From assembly GCF_964204645.1 (NCBI RefSeq), contig NC_134026.1:19502150-19566149 (forward strand): 64,000 bases of DNA, given 5' to 3'. This document shows positions 37,901-50,410 of the stretch, piece by piece. Source of the DNA: Tubulanus polymorphus. Taxonomy: Eukaryota > Animalia > Nemertea. The notes beneath the pieces were generated by a model that ran no database searches, was not told the DNA's origin, and saw nothing but the letters and a program-made list of their open reading frames with translations. Within the stretch, counting starts at the first letter, position 1; each line of letters opens with the position of its first letter. A program made the position numbers and the translations under genes.

Positions 37901-39360
37901 TTACTCAAGAACTTCCACTAGAAATCATCGTCTCAGTGAGAGTTTGTATTTTGATTTTAGTTCTTGAGAAATTTTATAAAATTCGTTCTTAATCTTTTAA
38001 ATTCTGTATATAGTGGTTTTAAACTTATCAACATTTGCTTAGCTCCGCAGTTCTGCCTTAAATCTAAGTATTTGAAACAAGAAGTATATTAGATAAGGTT
38101 TTCCTTAAAAAATGGCAGCTATAGCAACTCTAAAATGGATAAAGAAAAGATAACGATAGCGATTTGCGATTTGCGATTTTTCACCAAGCTTGACATAATG
38201 CACCTAAAGATCCCGAATATCCATCACATCATTCACAACTCAGTACGGCAATTAGTTGCAGCTATGTGACGACATAAAATATTAATGTCAACATTGCACG
38301 TTTTGTATTGAGCATAAAACTAGAACGCCATCCGTTTTAATGGTTAAAAGTCATGTGTCTCTAAAGACCTCGCCGACGGTGAAGGTAACAAGATCGCAAC
38401 CGAATTCAATTTATGATAGTCGACTTCGAATGTATAATTAAATACTTAGTATATGCAAGGGAAATCTCATTGGAAATGAGGATATATAGCGTTGTCAAAT
38501 ACTCGTACACATAGTTTACGCCAGTCTCACTGTGCGAGTAATGAAATCGATAGCCAAGCATACTTTTTATTGGTTATCGGTCGATTTAGTGTACATAACA
38601 TTCGTTCTTAGCTTTCGATTATAAAGTGTGCTTCGCCCCGTAAGTGTTAATAGTATCAGTCGTCAGTAGTATCCATTTCGTCGTCGCCATAAAACAATAC
38701 GGTACAGCACCAATAACGGCCGGCGCTGGCAATAATTCCTCTGGCCTTCTCTCGCAAGAAGGCCCCCAACGGCCACACTAAAACCCGTTCCACGATGAAC
38801 GCGATATTTATGCTGTACGTTTCTCCGCACTGGCGTAAAACTCGAGTTGTTTTTGCTATAAATCAGAGGTTTTGTTTCGTAATCGCGCCCCGATCTCGAT
38901 ATACACGATAGATGCAATAAGGGCATAAATGACATTTTCATTGCGATTGAAGTATGCTGGGCCTCGCTAGTAACAACAAGCTTACGGTATAATTGCGGCC
39001 ACTGTTTTCATAGTATGAGAAACGTGATGCAATAATTTTTTTTCATTTAACCGTTCATTTACCTTATTGTTCTCTGATATAACATACTATGAGCAGTCCT
39101 TGATATTTCAAGGTCGATTTTCCTTGTATCGCGCTTTCGATGTGAAAATGGGCCTCAACACCGCCCTCAATTCGCGAAAACGGTGCCCCCGCATGCAACA
39201 GAGAATGACGGAATACTTAGATTAAAGATTAGTTCAATACCTGTTTGGTAGTTATATTATTCATATTTAGTCAAACAGGATATGTTTGTATTGCAATCTT
39301 TGGAATGTATCTCCGGTTTTGGCTTTCATGGGACAATTTTATAAAAGCTCGTGGAAATCA

Positions 39361-39604
39361 ATCCTCCCCAGCAGGGATTCGAACATCATGACATCGAGAC
39401 TCACACCCTGCAACACTAGCCCGAGTGCGCTATTATGTTACTAGATAATGTCATTATCAGCTAATCAGCTATCCCGTTTTATTTTCTTTAGCTCGGATTG
39501 GTGCCGCAAGTTTTCCTGAGGCAAACCTGTGCGTGTACCGGTTTAGTGTGGCAGGGTATCGTGCCGTGGCTGAGCGATGCCATCCCTCCCTGCCGAGGGA
39601 GGAT
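39361..39604. mobile_element. Same MITE-like family, copy 3 with both termini
   Basis: atcctccccagcaggga ... tccctgccgagggaggat terminal inverted repeats. Confidence 0.72.
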
Positions 39605-39767
39605 GGCGGAAATCGCTAAGTTAGTAAGGCTATAATGATACAGCTCTCTAAAGAAACTGGCTTTTTTGTGGAAATGCTTCAATCGTAACCCAAATATCTA
39701 TCCACGAGTTACGACTGGAGGTGTAAAAATTGAAGACGTCACTTATAAGGAAATTCTGTAGGCCTAA

Positions 39768-40002
39768 GGCGAACTTCGGTTTTCGTAGCTAGTCGACAAG
39801 TGGTCGGAGCCAATAACCGAACGCACTATAGTTCGGTCTTAACGCATTTCACTTCACAGAGTCGGTCGACTATCTTGGAGCTAGGTCCGAACGACAGCGA
39901 CAGTGCTCAGTCCCGATGCCGACAATCCCGGAAATTAGTTCCGACTATTCGGTTTCACTTAGTTCGCAAATAGTCGACTAACTTCGAAAACCGACGTTCG
40001 CC
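39768..40002. mobile_element. GGCGAACTTCGG MITE (Harbinger-like, 3-bp TSD family)
   Basis: TIRs ggcgaacttcggttttcgtagctagtcgac / gtcgactaacttcgaaaaccgacgttcgcc; flanks taa/tag. Confidence 0.85.
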
Positions 40003-41309
40003 TAGACTATCTCGAACACTGTAGCACTGTTCCGATCGGAGACCCCGACAATATGTCGTAACACTAGAATAATCCCGACCGAAAATGAAGTCACAAGCGA
40101 CGGCCGATGTAGATTAAAAACCCTTTCACGAGAGAACTGAACTACACCGACTTCAAATGCTCGCACTGATGCGCGACAGCCACAAATAATACGATGAAAT
40201 CGTATATTTTGCAGCCATTTCGTAAATGTTGAATTGTCATATCGTATAATGGGCTTTCGTATCCACGTAGTTGGAATCGAATTAAGGATGATACATAGTA
40301 TTGCGAATGTGTCGGCGAATTCGTTTACAGTTGAAATTACTCCGTGAACAGTATAGCCGAGTAATGACCCGTAGCGCAGCCCATAACTCGAAAACTATTA
40401 TATTCGACTTTATTGCTTTTTTCTTTAAAGTAACGCCATCACGTAATTTTTCATTGATTGTGCGTGTGTGAAAACTCGACTGAAACGCGAGCGGATACGC
40501 GAGGCGGTCGACTGTCTTTGTTGTTGTCGATATATCGGCAACTTAAAATCGAATTTTGGTTCTGAAATATTTTTCAAGCCAGAGTAATTGCGAAGTAGCA
40601 CTTGATGATTGCTCAAGTGTAATAGCAGTGTTTAAATTTCCCCATTGAAAATACATTATTTCTAAACGATTTTAATTTGAACGCAACCGAGAAAGCCGGC
40701 GAGTTGCGCGCGCGTAATCTTTTAAACTTGTGCCGTCTTCTCGGATATCGATCGATTTTCTATACATTGGACAATACCGCGTCCTACGTGCGCTACAAGT
40801 CAAAGCAACCGTTCACCAAAATTTGCATCCGTCTTCAATTGCGGTTTTGTGGAGATGGTCGATTTCCTCTTAAACCCGGAACAATATCATGTTCCAAACA
40901 TCCGCACGATGTCGATATGGGTTTGAAGTTTTTCGCGCGCACATTGATATGGAAATGAAAACGTTGAATATAAAATATCGGCATATTTACCGACGTAAAA
41001 GCGCTGCTTCATGCGCACGAATCAAAACACGAAAACTTTCGAAACGAAGCAATTTTCATCGCCGTCGAAAATTTACGTTCGGCGAAAAATGCCAATATCT
41101 ATATTATGATGATATATAGGGTGAAGGTTTTCCTGGTATAGAGTTACTGACCCCAAATAATCATCACCATAATGATAATGGATACCGATGTCTCTGTTAT
41201 AATTCGTAAAACTATCATATTGTATTTGTTCGTCGAATTTTATGAGTATAACTACATTCGCCGTGACTGCTTTTGGATCGGATGGCATTATTGCGTATTG
41301 ACAAGTTGC

Positions 41310-41398
41310 TATAAATTCCGCTTAGCAGTCGTAGCTGTAGTCAGTCTGTCAGTGCGTGTTCAGCCGTTGCCGAGGCTCGCTTGCACTGGTGCGGGGCG
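41310..41398 (+). promoter_or_regulatory. Candidate TATA + initiator core promoter and short non-coding first exon
   Basis: TATAAA at 41310, TCAGTC initiator-like motif at 41341 about 30 nt downstream, GC-rich 60 nt, then donor gcg|gtaagc at 41399; same strand as the K2P exon. Confidence 0.35.
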
Positions 41399-44232
41399 GT
41401 AAGCAAAACCGCCGATGGATTTCTAAAAGACGGCCACGCGCGCGCACGCATTTCGCTCGGTGGGCCTTTACGGACTGGCTCGTCTTCACAATGCTCAACA
41501 GGTTAAGATGATCTTCAAGCGCGTTTGTCGTCGTGAAAGTCCTTTCATTTGTGATCTTCCTACGAACGCCGCTCTCTTCTAGATTTGTATTACAAACTTA
41601 TGATATCGCATTGTATATATACCACGAAACACATATATTTCGCCGTGGATTCGCGGGATCGAAATTTGGATTAACGCTTATAAAGTTCCAAACGGTCGTA
41701 TCTGGATAAATATCGTAACAAGGTGAGCTGTAATTGAAATAAATGCATGAGCATATCTACGTTGATTAGTTCATCGGCCTTTGCTGATTTCACTCATTGT
41801 TCCGTTGAATCCTCGGCTAAGTATTTCTCATTACAGTAAACGAGATTAATTGCAGAAGCCATTTGATAACTATTAATCATTACTTTGTCGTCTGATGTTC
41901 TGTTCTGCATTATTAATATGACGAAGACAAATTTTCAAATACGTACGAAAAAATCTTTATCCAGATATTATGATCGGGACACATTTTTAGCGTCAAAATA
42001 GGGCATTGGATATGAAGACTGGGTTTCAGATTGTTAGATTGTTTTATACGTCCAATTAGACGTTTGTCAGACATTTTCACTAGTCTTGCCTGTGCAACTG
42101 TCTTCAAGATGAAAAGCTGAAAACATGAACGCTTAACAAAGAACTAAAACACAAATAGTTGTTTTTGTTATTAGAAATTCTTTAGTCATCACCACAAATC
42201 TAACACTCTATGTTTCAATTTGGGTTAGCGTAGCCCTGAATTAGGACACGGATAAGTAGCCGATATTAGGACGTGTAAGATATAGCAAAAATACATCCTT
42301 TTCAAGAATATCGTTTTAATGTTTTATTTATGTCGCGTCGCAGCCTGACGTCGCGTTGGTTGTGAAAACGGGGTCGTGAACCGGGCGGCAACAATCACAA
42401 CGAAAGTGTTTCCTAATGAAAGTTATATTAGTTCGATAAGTCGCATTAGCGACCGGTTAATTAAAACACGACTGTATGGCGGTTTAACAGCTCCATAACT
42501 GGCAAATTAAGAGCGAATGCGCGTCGTTAATCTGTTATTGGAAGGCCGCCGGTGGACGCGGGTCGTGATCTTTGAACGAGCTTCAAGGTAATTGTACAGG
42601 AAATAAACGGGCGTTAACGTGTGGAAATCGGTAATAAAAACTGCGCCATATGTAACATTCTCGAGCGGCTTTCAATTTCTGACGTTGGTTTAGATAAAAT
42701 CGGACGCCGGGTGCGAGGAATGACACTTTGAACCCGGACCGGAGATTGTTTACAAAACCGAATTGAAGCGCGTTAGTAGGATAGGTGACGTTTGTGTCAC
42801 GATAGCCGCGTTGAAGGCTATGATAGCCGGTTGGGGAAGGACACTTTTAAAAGAGATTTTTATCACGGCGATATCGCGCTGAATGTTCGCCCAATCGGAG
42901 CTCCCCGAAGATTCAAATGTCAATGAAATAAATTTCGGATAAATCTCATTTCATCCAGCATAAATCCTATAACGAAATCGCGCGATCCCTCGGGAGCGAC
43001 GCTCAAATTGATATTCAAGTTGGTTAGGAGGTTTTTTTCTCAATGATATCGAACGTTTAGCGCGGTCACGTGATGAGGGTGTAATAGATTGTCGTCGCTT
43101 TGATCGTTCCTGTCGGTATCGAAAGTCAGAGATGTCGAAAACGACGAGACTCATAGAGATAAGCGTCAGTTACAGCCGACGCCGTTTCCGGTTGCAATCG
43201 GTTTCCCAGCGGGGCATAACAATGGAATTGCATCAACACTGAACTGGTCCCCTCCTCCCCTCCCCCTTACCCGTATTCGTGGGCCAAATTTTAACAGAAT
43301 GAAGATAACTTCATGAGAAGCACCTGCCTCAAAATAGGCACAATATAGATTCTATCACATCATGTATAAATCTAACATAGGCCAATATTAATCAGCTGGA
43401 TGACAGGATTGGTGACAGCTCATACTGCATAGTACGATTTAGAGGGAGCTGCAGTGAAAACATGCAGGGCAGTTTCTGATCACACACACAAATCTAGTCC
43501 GTTCTGAAATTAAGAACGAAATTGGAACGGTCTAAAATGGAACGGACCAATTCGGAACGGACTTTTGCTAGGGTGAACGCTTGGTTCGATTTTTAAATCG
43601 GAACGGGCCAAATTTAGACCGTTCTAAATAACGTAGTGTGAACGTGGCTAATACGAGCCTTCATTAGGCATTAAGCCAATTTATTCCTGTGCGCGATTAT
43701 ACTTTCGCCTATAAAAAGGTGACCGCGATGGAAAAATGCCGTAACGTAGGTAATTAGCGACTCCTCTTGTACACCGTGGCGCAAGCGAGCAACACGATCC
43801 TTGCCATGCAATATTGTCTGACCACTTTCCAACATTAGTGGGTCGTAGAGCGCGCTAACCCTGAAAAAAATCCGATCAAGTGCTGCAGCGGCACTTCTCG
43901 CGCGCTGAAACCGTTTATATGTCAACGTTGGTCTTGTGTTTCATATCATCTGCCTAACTTCATTTCACCATAATGTGTTTTCCGATATAAAAGCTATGCC
44001 ATCTCAAATCGCAATTTTTCGGCTCAACGAAATGATGTAATTGTATCCGTATACTATATACTCGTTAAACGACCTGCAAATGTAATGAAATCTAATAGAA
44101 TGTACGAATTCAAACAAAAAATACTTATGGTCATGTATAGCTCGGATAATGAGTGTACAACGGTGTCGCCCGGTTCGTCCGGTTGAGTCATCTGCGATAT
44201 TTTTGGTTGAAGTAATATATTACGCTCGCCTG

Positions 44233-44484
44233 GGCCAACTTCGGTTTTAGTAGCTAGTCGACTAGTCGTCGGAGCAAATAACCGAACGCACTATAGTTCG
44301 ATCGTAACGTATTTCACAGTGTCGGCCATCTTGAACCTAGGTCCGAGCTATAGCGACCGTGCTCAATTCTTGCTCAATCCGTGCTCAATGGTCGACCATT
44401 TCCGGACCATAGTTCCGACAAAACGGACATTCGGTTTCATTTAGATCGACTATAGTCGACTAACTCCGATAATCGAAGTTTGCC
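44233..44484. mobile_element. GGCGAACTTCGG MITE
   Basis: ctg|ggccaacttcggttttagtagctagtcgac ... gtcgactaactccgataatcgaagtttgcc|ctg; 3-bp TSD CTG. Confidence 0.85.
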
Positions 44485-44654
44485 CTGCTCGTCGAGCGAG
44501 CCATATTCCACCAATCGGACACATCAGTGATATCACGTGATTATTGATGTATAGTGACGTGTATGCTTCAAGATGATCGCATGTGATTGGGTGTAGAGAT
44601 TTCGGTAAATTCGTTCACTGCCATCGGTGAAAAAGCAATTGTCTGCCTTGCCTA

Positions 44655-44884
44655 GGCGAACCTCAGTTTTCTTAGCTAGTCGACTTGTGGTTGGCACTGG
44701 TTTTACCGAACGCGCTTAGTTTGATCAACGCATTGCACAGTGTCGGCCATCTTGAGAATTAGGTCCGACCTACAGCGATCGCGCTCAATCCCGTGAGGTC
44801 GACCATAGTTCCGACCTAACCGACTTCCTAACCGGTTTCATTCGTATGTTTATAGTCGACTCATTCCAATGCCCGAAGTTTGCC
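44655..44884. mobile_element. GGCGAACTTCGG MITE
   Basis: cta|ggcgaacctcagttttcttagctagtcgac ... ccgaagtttgcc|cta; 3-bp TSD CTA; interior homologous to the neighbouring copy. Confidence 0.85.
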
Positions 44885-46116
44885 CTAGCTTCATTGTCAC
44901 CACTCAGTCGGGAATACGACTGCGTATATTGACTTCTAAGCGTGACTGTTCTCGTACGGAGAAACCGAGACGTCCTAATGATTCCACATGTATTCCAATC
45001 ATTTGGATTTCGAGGGGATCACTTTCATTGTTTTACCAGTTTGTCACAATTAGTTTTTTTTGGATAAAGTATACATTGCTGAAACGCACCTTTCAATTTC
45101 CTAATTCGACGCATTTTGTGTGTTTACAAAACTGATAGTGCATGTGCGCATGATGTAATGTTTTGTGTTCGCGTGTTACGTCTCGTTCCTCCGGGAAATA
45201 TGCGGATGGACCGGTATATTTTCTCCGCGGGCTTATTGTTGGAAAACTCGTTATTAATTATCGGCGATATGACGAACTATTTCACATACACAATTTAGTG
45301 GCGTGCAGAAATATATGTTGGGAAAAAAAATTCCAGAAATTAAGATCCCACAAGAATACATAATATATCAGTATTTCCGGGCCGATTACCGAAACAATAT
45401 TGAGGCTCTATTCAAACCACTACTGCATGGATGCTATAGCTGCTTGTGTAAAGCCCAAAGGTGTTTTTGAGTCAACATCTAGTATGAAGGTGGTCGGGAA
45501 TTGGGCCTAGTCCGTGTTGTGTTTAATATACCGTCCCCACCGAGCATACTGGATGGTGCCCACTAACGGTGGGAACTAATTAAAGGCAGGTGATGGGAAA
45601 CGTGCCATCACCACGCTCACCTTCAATCAGCTTCGGTCGGGGCTTCAAAGGGCTAATCGTTCGAACATAAAATGCACCAAACAACGTGACCATTTTTTAT
45701 GTGCTGATCCTCATTCGAGGTAACCAACCTTCGATCCATCTTATCTATTTCTCTCAAAGCATTTGCGTATTCGATGAACCATTTTTGTTACCTAAATGCT
45801 GACCAAGAAAAAGCAACTACTGAACTGTTGGCTCGACTCCGTGGCGCTGTGACGATTATCGCATCACTGACAGGTTTCCATTTTGTTTAAAGTCGAGAGA
45901 TAAATCATTCGGCGATATCATCATTTATTTCCCTATACAGCTACAGACAGCGCCTTGTAGCTAACCATTTTACAGCTTTTGAATTTCTCCAATATAGATG
46001 CAGCTTGATTTCTATGGATCGTCTCTCGATCTTTTTCTCTTCTTTGCCTCACGATTCATCGTCGTCGTTCCACTTTTTATCTCTCTCTCTTGAAAATTTG
46101 TCGTCTTACACGAGCC

Positions 46117-46172
46117 ATGCTGTTGGCTTGGCTCTTCGCTTCACGCGTCGGTGGTCGGAGCCGTCGGATGAG
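46117..46172 (+). CDS. Candidate upstream coding exon of the K2P channel
   Basis: GCCATG context; MLLAWLFASRVGGRSRRM+AG|gtgaac. The phase-2 donor is compatible with the phase-2 acceptor at 47865. No homology support. Confidence 0.3.
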
Positions 46173-47864
46173 GTGAACTTGATGATATTTTCCTTCACGT
46201 TTCGTCCACGGGGTTATATACGATAATGGAGCCTATGCGCGTTTTTTACTACGCCTTGATGTCAGAAAATCGAACATCACCAGACGATATCACATCATTG
46301 TCATGCACATGATGACGATCTTTTATGGCCATTATTGTACGCAAATTTGTATTGCGCCAGTCCACTATGGAGTGCCGTTAATTGATGTAAAATGTCTACA
46401 CTCTAGGAATGTATATTTACCACTACGGTTTGTCCACAGCGATCGTCTGTTTGCCTGTTGGAAACTGGTTTATGTCACGTAAAAATATTCTACGAATATA
46501 TATCAATAGTTGAGTAGCAGCTGTAGTCAATTTCGTCTATGTTTTCCGTTATCTTAATCAGCGCTGTCCATTTTCTAGAGTATAAGTCGGCACGCAGAAT
46601 CCCTGGACAGACGAATTATCGATGGATGATACTGGCTTTCCGCGGACGGACAATAGCCGCAATTATCATTTATCATCTGGACAACTGCGGCTGTTTCTCT
46701 TGTAAATGTAATTAGTTTCTCTTTTTTTCTAATTTATCGCAAACATGGAATTGATCGGCGCGTAAAAAATACAAACACCACTGGCAGTGCCGGTAAATGT
46801 CTCCGGCCGAGCGGATCAATCATGTTCTTGGCTTCGTGCGCTTTCACTCTGGCCTCCGTCTGACAAGGTGCTTGAAGCGGTTGGAGACGGAAAATACGTC
46901 AACTGACTACACGACATCCCGTTGCGTGCGCAAATATACACAGTCGTAAAAACTGTCAACGCTTTTTTTGAAAAATAATTCATCATCTCCGATGACATCT
47001 TTACGTCTTAGTCTGATGAATGTTCTTAATTAGTGAAATAACTTTCCTAGAATTGATTATCAATACGTTATATATAGACAGACCTGTAGCGCAGCCGCCA
47101 TATCGATGCTACAACCGATTTTACCACCGATGCTGAGCACGGTCCAACGCTTTGAACAGTGGCCGATTTGCAATTCAAGTTAGCCGTTTATCAACAGCGT
47201 CGTTTGTCGTCTGTCATACATTATACCCTACCCCGTTCTACTGCCCGTGTGATGCAAACTTAAAATGGCTCATCAAGAGATCTATCCCGCTACTCAATCC
47301 ACCTTTTCTCTTGCATCGGTGAGCAATGTAAAATCTCAACGTGAAATTTAACCTTCTTGCGTCGCAAGATCGTGAAGTAGGTTGAGATTGCGTTTCCGAT
47401 TACTACAATAATTGCAATTCAAAACTACCGAGGAGGTTCTTCTTCTTCTTTTCTCGACTCTTCTCTCTCGACTCTTCTCTCTGCTACACGGGGAATAATA
47501 ATGACGCAATGGATACCTTCGTAAACTTCGACGAAATATAAAATCGCTATAAATTTTCCATCTGCTAATGATTATGTGGTGATGAAAAAGCATTCATATT
47601 CAAATATAAATCATATTTCATCCCAGTAACTGAGCCGCTAGTTATAACGTCTAGAAAGCGCGCTGTCGAGACATGTACAATAAGTAACAACGATATTATT
47701 TATCAGGATTCATCGATAGGTTTAACAGGAGAACAAACGTTCGTTGATTAATGATCGTTCGATTTCTTTCGTGTCTGCCGCGTTATCGAAAACGTATACA
47801 TACGTTTGATAGTCTGAGATGTGTTAAACTGATCTATAGCGAATCTGTGTTTGCTTTTTTTCAG

Positions 47865-48319
47865 GGCTCGGTGCTACCCCACGATGAACTCCACTGCCAA
47901 AGTCGACGACTTCAAACAATCACGACGATCGGAACAAGTCAGGAAATGTAAACAGTGCTGCAAGAAGTTCGTCGCCTTTCTGTTCTCGCACGTGGGCCTT
48001 TGCTGTCTGGTGGTCGCGTATTCTATCATGGGCGGCTTCGTTTTCATGCGCATCGAAGGTCCGCACGAATCACACGAAGACGGCCACATCGAAATTCGCA
48101 GAAAGTTCAACGTCGAACGAATCTGGGATTTAACCATACAGTTCAACGTGCTCTACAAAGAAAACTGGACGGCGGCCGTGGAAACGGTTTTGAAAGAGTT
48201 CCAAAACGACGTGTTCTACGCGGCAAAGGATAAAGGCTGGAACGGCGACGTCAAGAAAGACAAACAATGGTCGTTCGCTGGTGCGCTGTTGTACTCAGTT
48301 ACCGTCATCACGACAATCG
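47865..48319 (+). CDS. Two-pore-domain potassium channel (TWiK/K2P family), exon with N-terminus, M1, cap domain and pore helix 1; remaining exons not found in the window
   Basis: Acceptor gctttttttcag|, donor ATCG|gtaagt. Translates ...FLFSHVGLCCLVVAYSIMGGFVFMRIE...WSFAGALLYSVTVITTIG, with the split GYG filter codon; in-frame ATG at 47884. Codons are GC3-rich. Confidence 0.93.
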
Positions 48320-50207
48320 GTAAGTCCTGACTTTTACTTCCTGGACAACTCTTGTCTTGAGTGGAATTGCCAAATGGCTTGACAAATATTGTATAACATT
48401 ATCACGTCATATCGGTCAAATTTTAACCCTTTTATAATTCTTTTTTTCGAAGGACTATATGAAAATACTCCTCTCTCTTCATACTTCTGCCTCCTCTACA
48501 CTTCTTTTTAAGGCCGTTAAAATGATTTCCCAAAGGGAATACCAGCACCACTGCAACAAATTTGTATATTTCAAAATATTGAGTGTTTGAGAATAGTGTT
48601 TCTCCATTCAACTGAGCCAGTCGGCCGCCTATCTACCCTGTCACTTTAAAAAAAATCAAGATCACTAACAATAACAGACTGGCAGCTATAGAAATGAACT
48701 GCTTATAAAATATCATTGCATTTTACAAAATGACCCAGCCGATTAGGAGAAACTAGGTATTATTTTTGTTCAGCCATGAATTTCAAGACTTTTTAACTTA
48801 AGTATATACTCCGTAATGGGAAACTTATTACATGTATGAATAGAGTCAGGATAAATGACGACGAGGATTACGATGAGATCTTTATCTTCAAATTATCATC
48901 AGTTTGATAAATGAAAGTCTAACCCATTTTCGGACTTACGCGTCGGACGCAATATCGCGGCTTCTCACCAAAGCTCTACTGATTATACGTTGGAGGTTTT
49001 TTTGTAAAGCACATTAACACTAGTTAAATAAAAAATCACGATGATAATGGAAACCAACAAACCAACAAACATTGGTTTTCGCCGCAGAATGGAGCCTAAC
49101 CCGGGCAAACCTGTATTAGATGATATTATACTGATTAGAGGCCATTCTCGTAATTCTTCGGTCGAGGGGGATACGCTCTTTTCCAATTAGAAAATGTGCG
49201 ACAAATAGATACGTCAAAAAAATATCGTAACTCATAAAGAACACCACGAGACCGTTGAAATGGATTACTTATTAACATAAACGCATCCCGACACCACGTC
49301 CACGAAACTAAGCGCCCGTAATTCCGCCTAATTTTATGGTCCGATCACACGACATAACCATGTGAACTATCAAGAGACATTGGTAGTGTAAAATTCGACG
49401 AAAATATTTTTCGGAAAATCAATCGCAATTCCACACGTATGACGTCCAGGCTCCCATTACGCGACCAAAGGTTTGAAAAGAATCCGATGGCCTAATACGC
49501 CTATGTATCAGTAATCGTGGTAATGGCATAAAAAAAACTCACAAAAACACATAGATCTGTGTTACATGAATAAATATAGTTACATGATGAAAAATGATTT
49601 TTCCTTTTTCATTAGTGTATTTGGTGGGATGAGGCTATATAATCCATGTATATATTAATGAGTCAGGTCTGACTGGAGCTATTACCTAATGGGGAGTGCT
49701 ATACGGTGGACATTCTCTGTTGTCAAGCATCATCTGAGCATTATGCGACAAAATACATAGCCGCTATTATGCTATGCATGAGCGTTATATATACCTGGTC
49801 TCATCTGAATTGTAGGCGATATTCCCTTACTTCGCTAGAGCGTATTATGTTTGCACGAACTGTTTGAACGATTTGATTTTTTTCTATATCTGAGAACGTG
49901 TTTGAGCATCTGTCACCGAACGATAATGCCTATTGAATCCGGCACCTGCCCCCTCCGGAGAACTCCCGAGCGTATTAGAAAAAAAATAGAACATATGATA
50001 AAATCGTTTTTTCGTGAAAGATATATATCATACATATATCGAAACGGCTCACACATTCGCCTACGTACGTAGGGTTTAGCTTGGCCTAACCATGGACTGT
50101 AAAACGAATCGTTTTAGATTCCATGGCCTTACCAAATGCGCATGGAAAATCAAAAGTAAATCACTAGTAGAGGTCAATCTTTACTGCTAAGTTGAAAAAA
50201 TATTGTA

Positions 50208-50410
50208 ATGATAGTAATAATAATCCAATAATGATAATTAATTCAGCCTAGAATCCATATAGAATATAAGCTGTGATGAACAAATGGGTTTGAGCTTAGA
50301 TTTAAAAACATCGATTGAAGGACTTGATTTAATTGGACTAGTTTCAGTATTCCAGAGTACTGGGGCAGAGTACGCGAAGGCTCTTTTGCCGGCTGAGACT
50401 AGATTAAAAC
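50208..50410 (-). mobile_element. 5'-truncated L2/CR1-group LINE 3' end
   Basis: The minus strand reads SAGKRAFAYSAPVLWN...IKSSPSIDVFKSKLK (L2-type ORF2 C-terminus GxRAFS..AP.LWN.LP..I.....F K..LK), followed by an (ATT)n-like tail. Confidence 0.75.
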
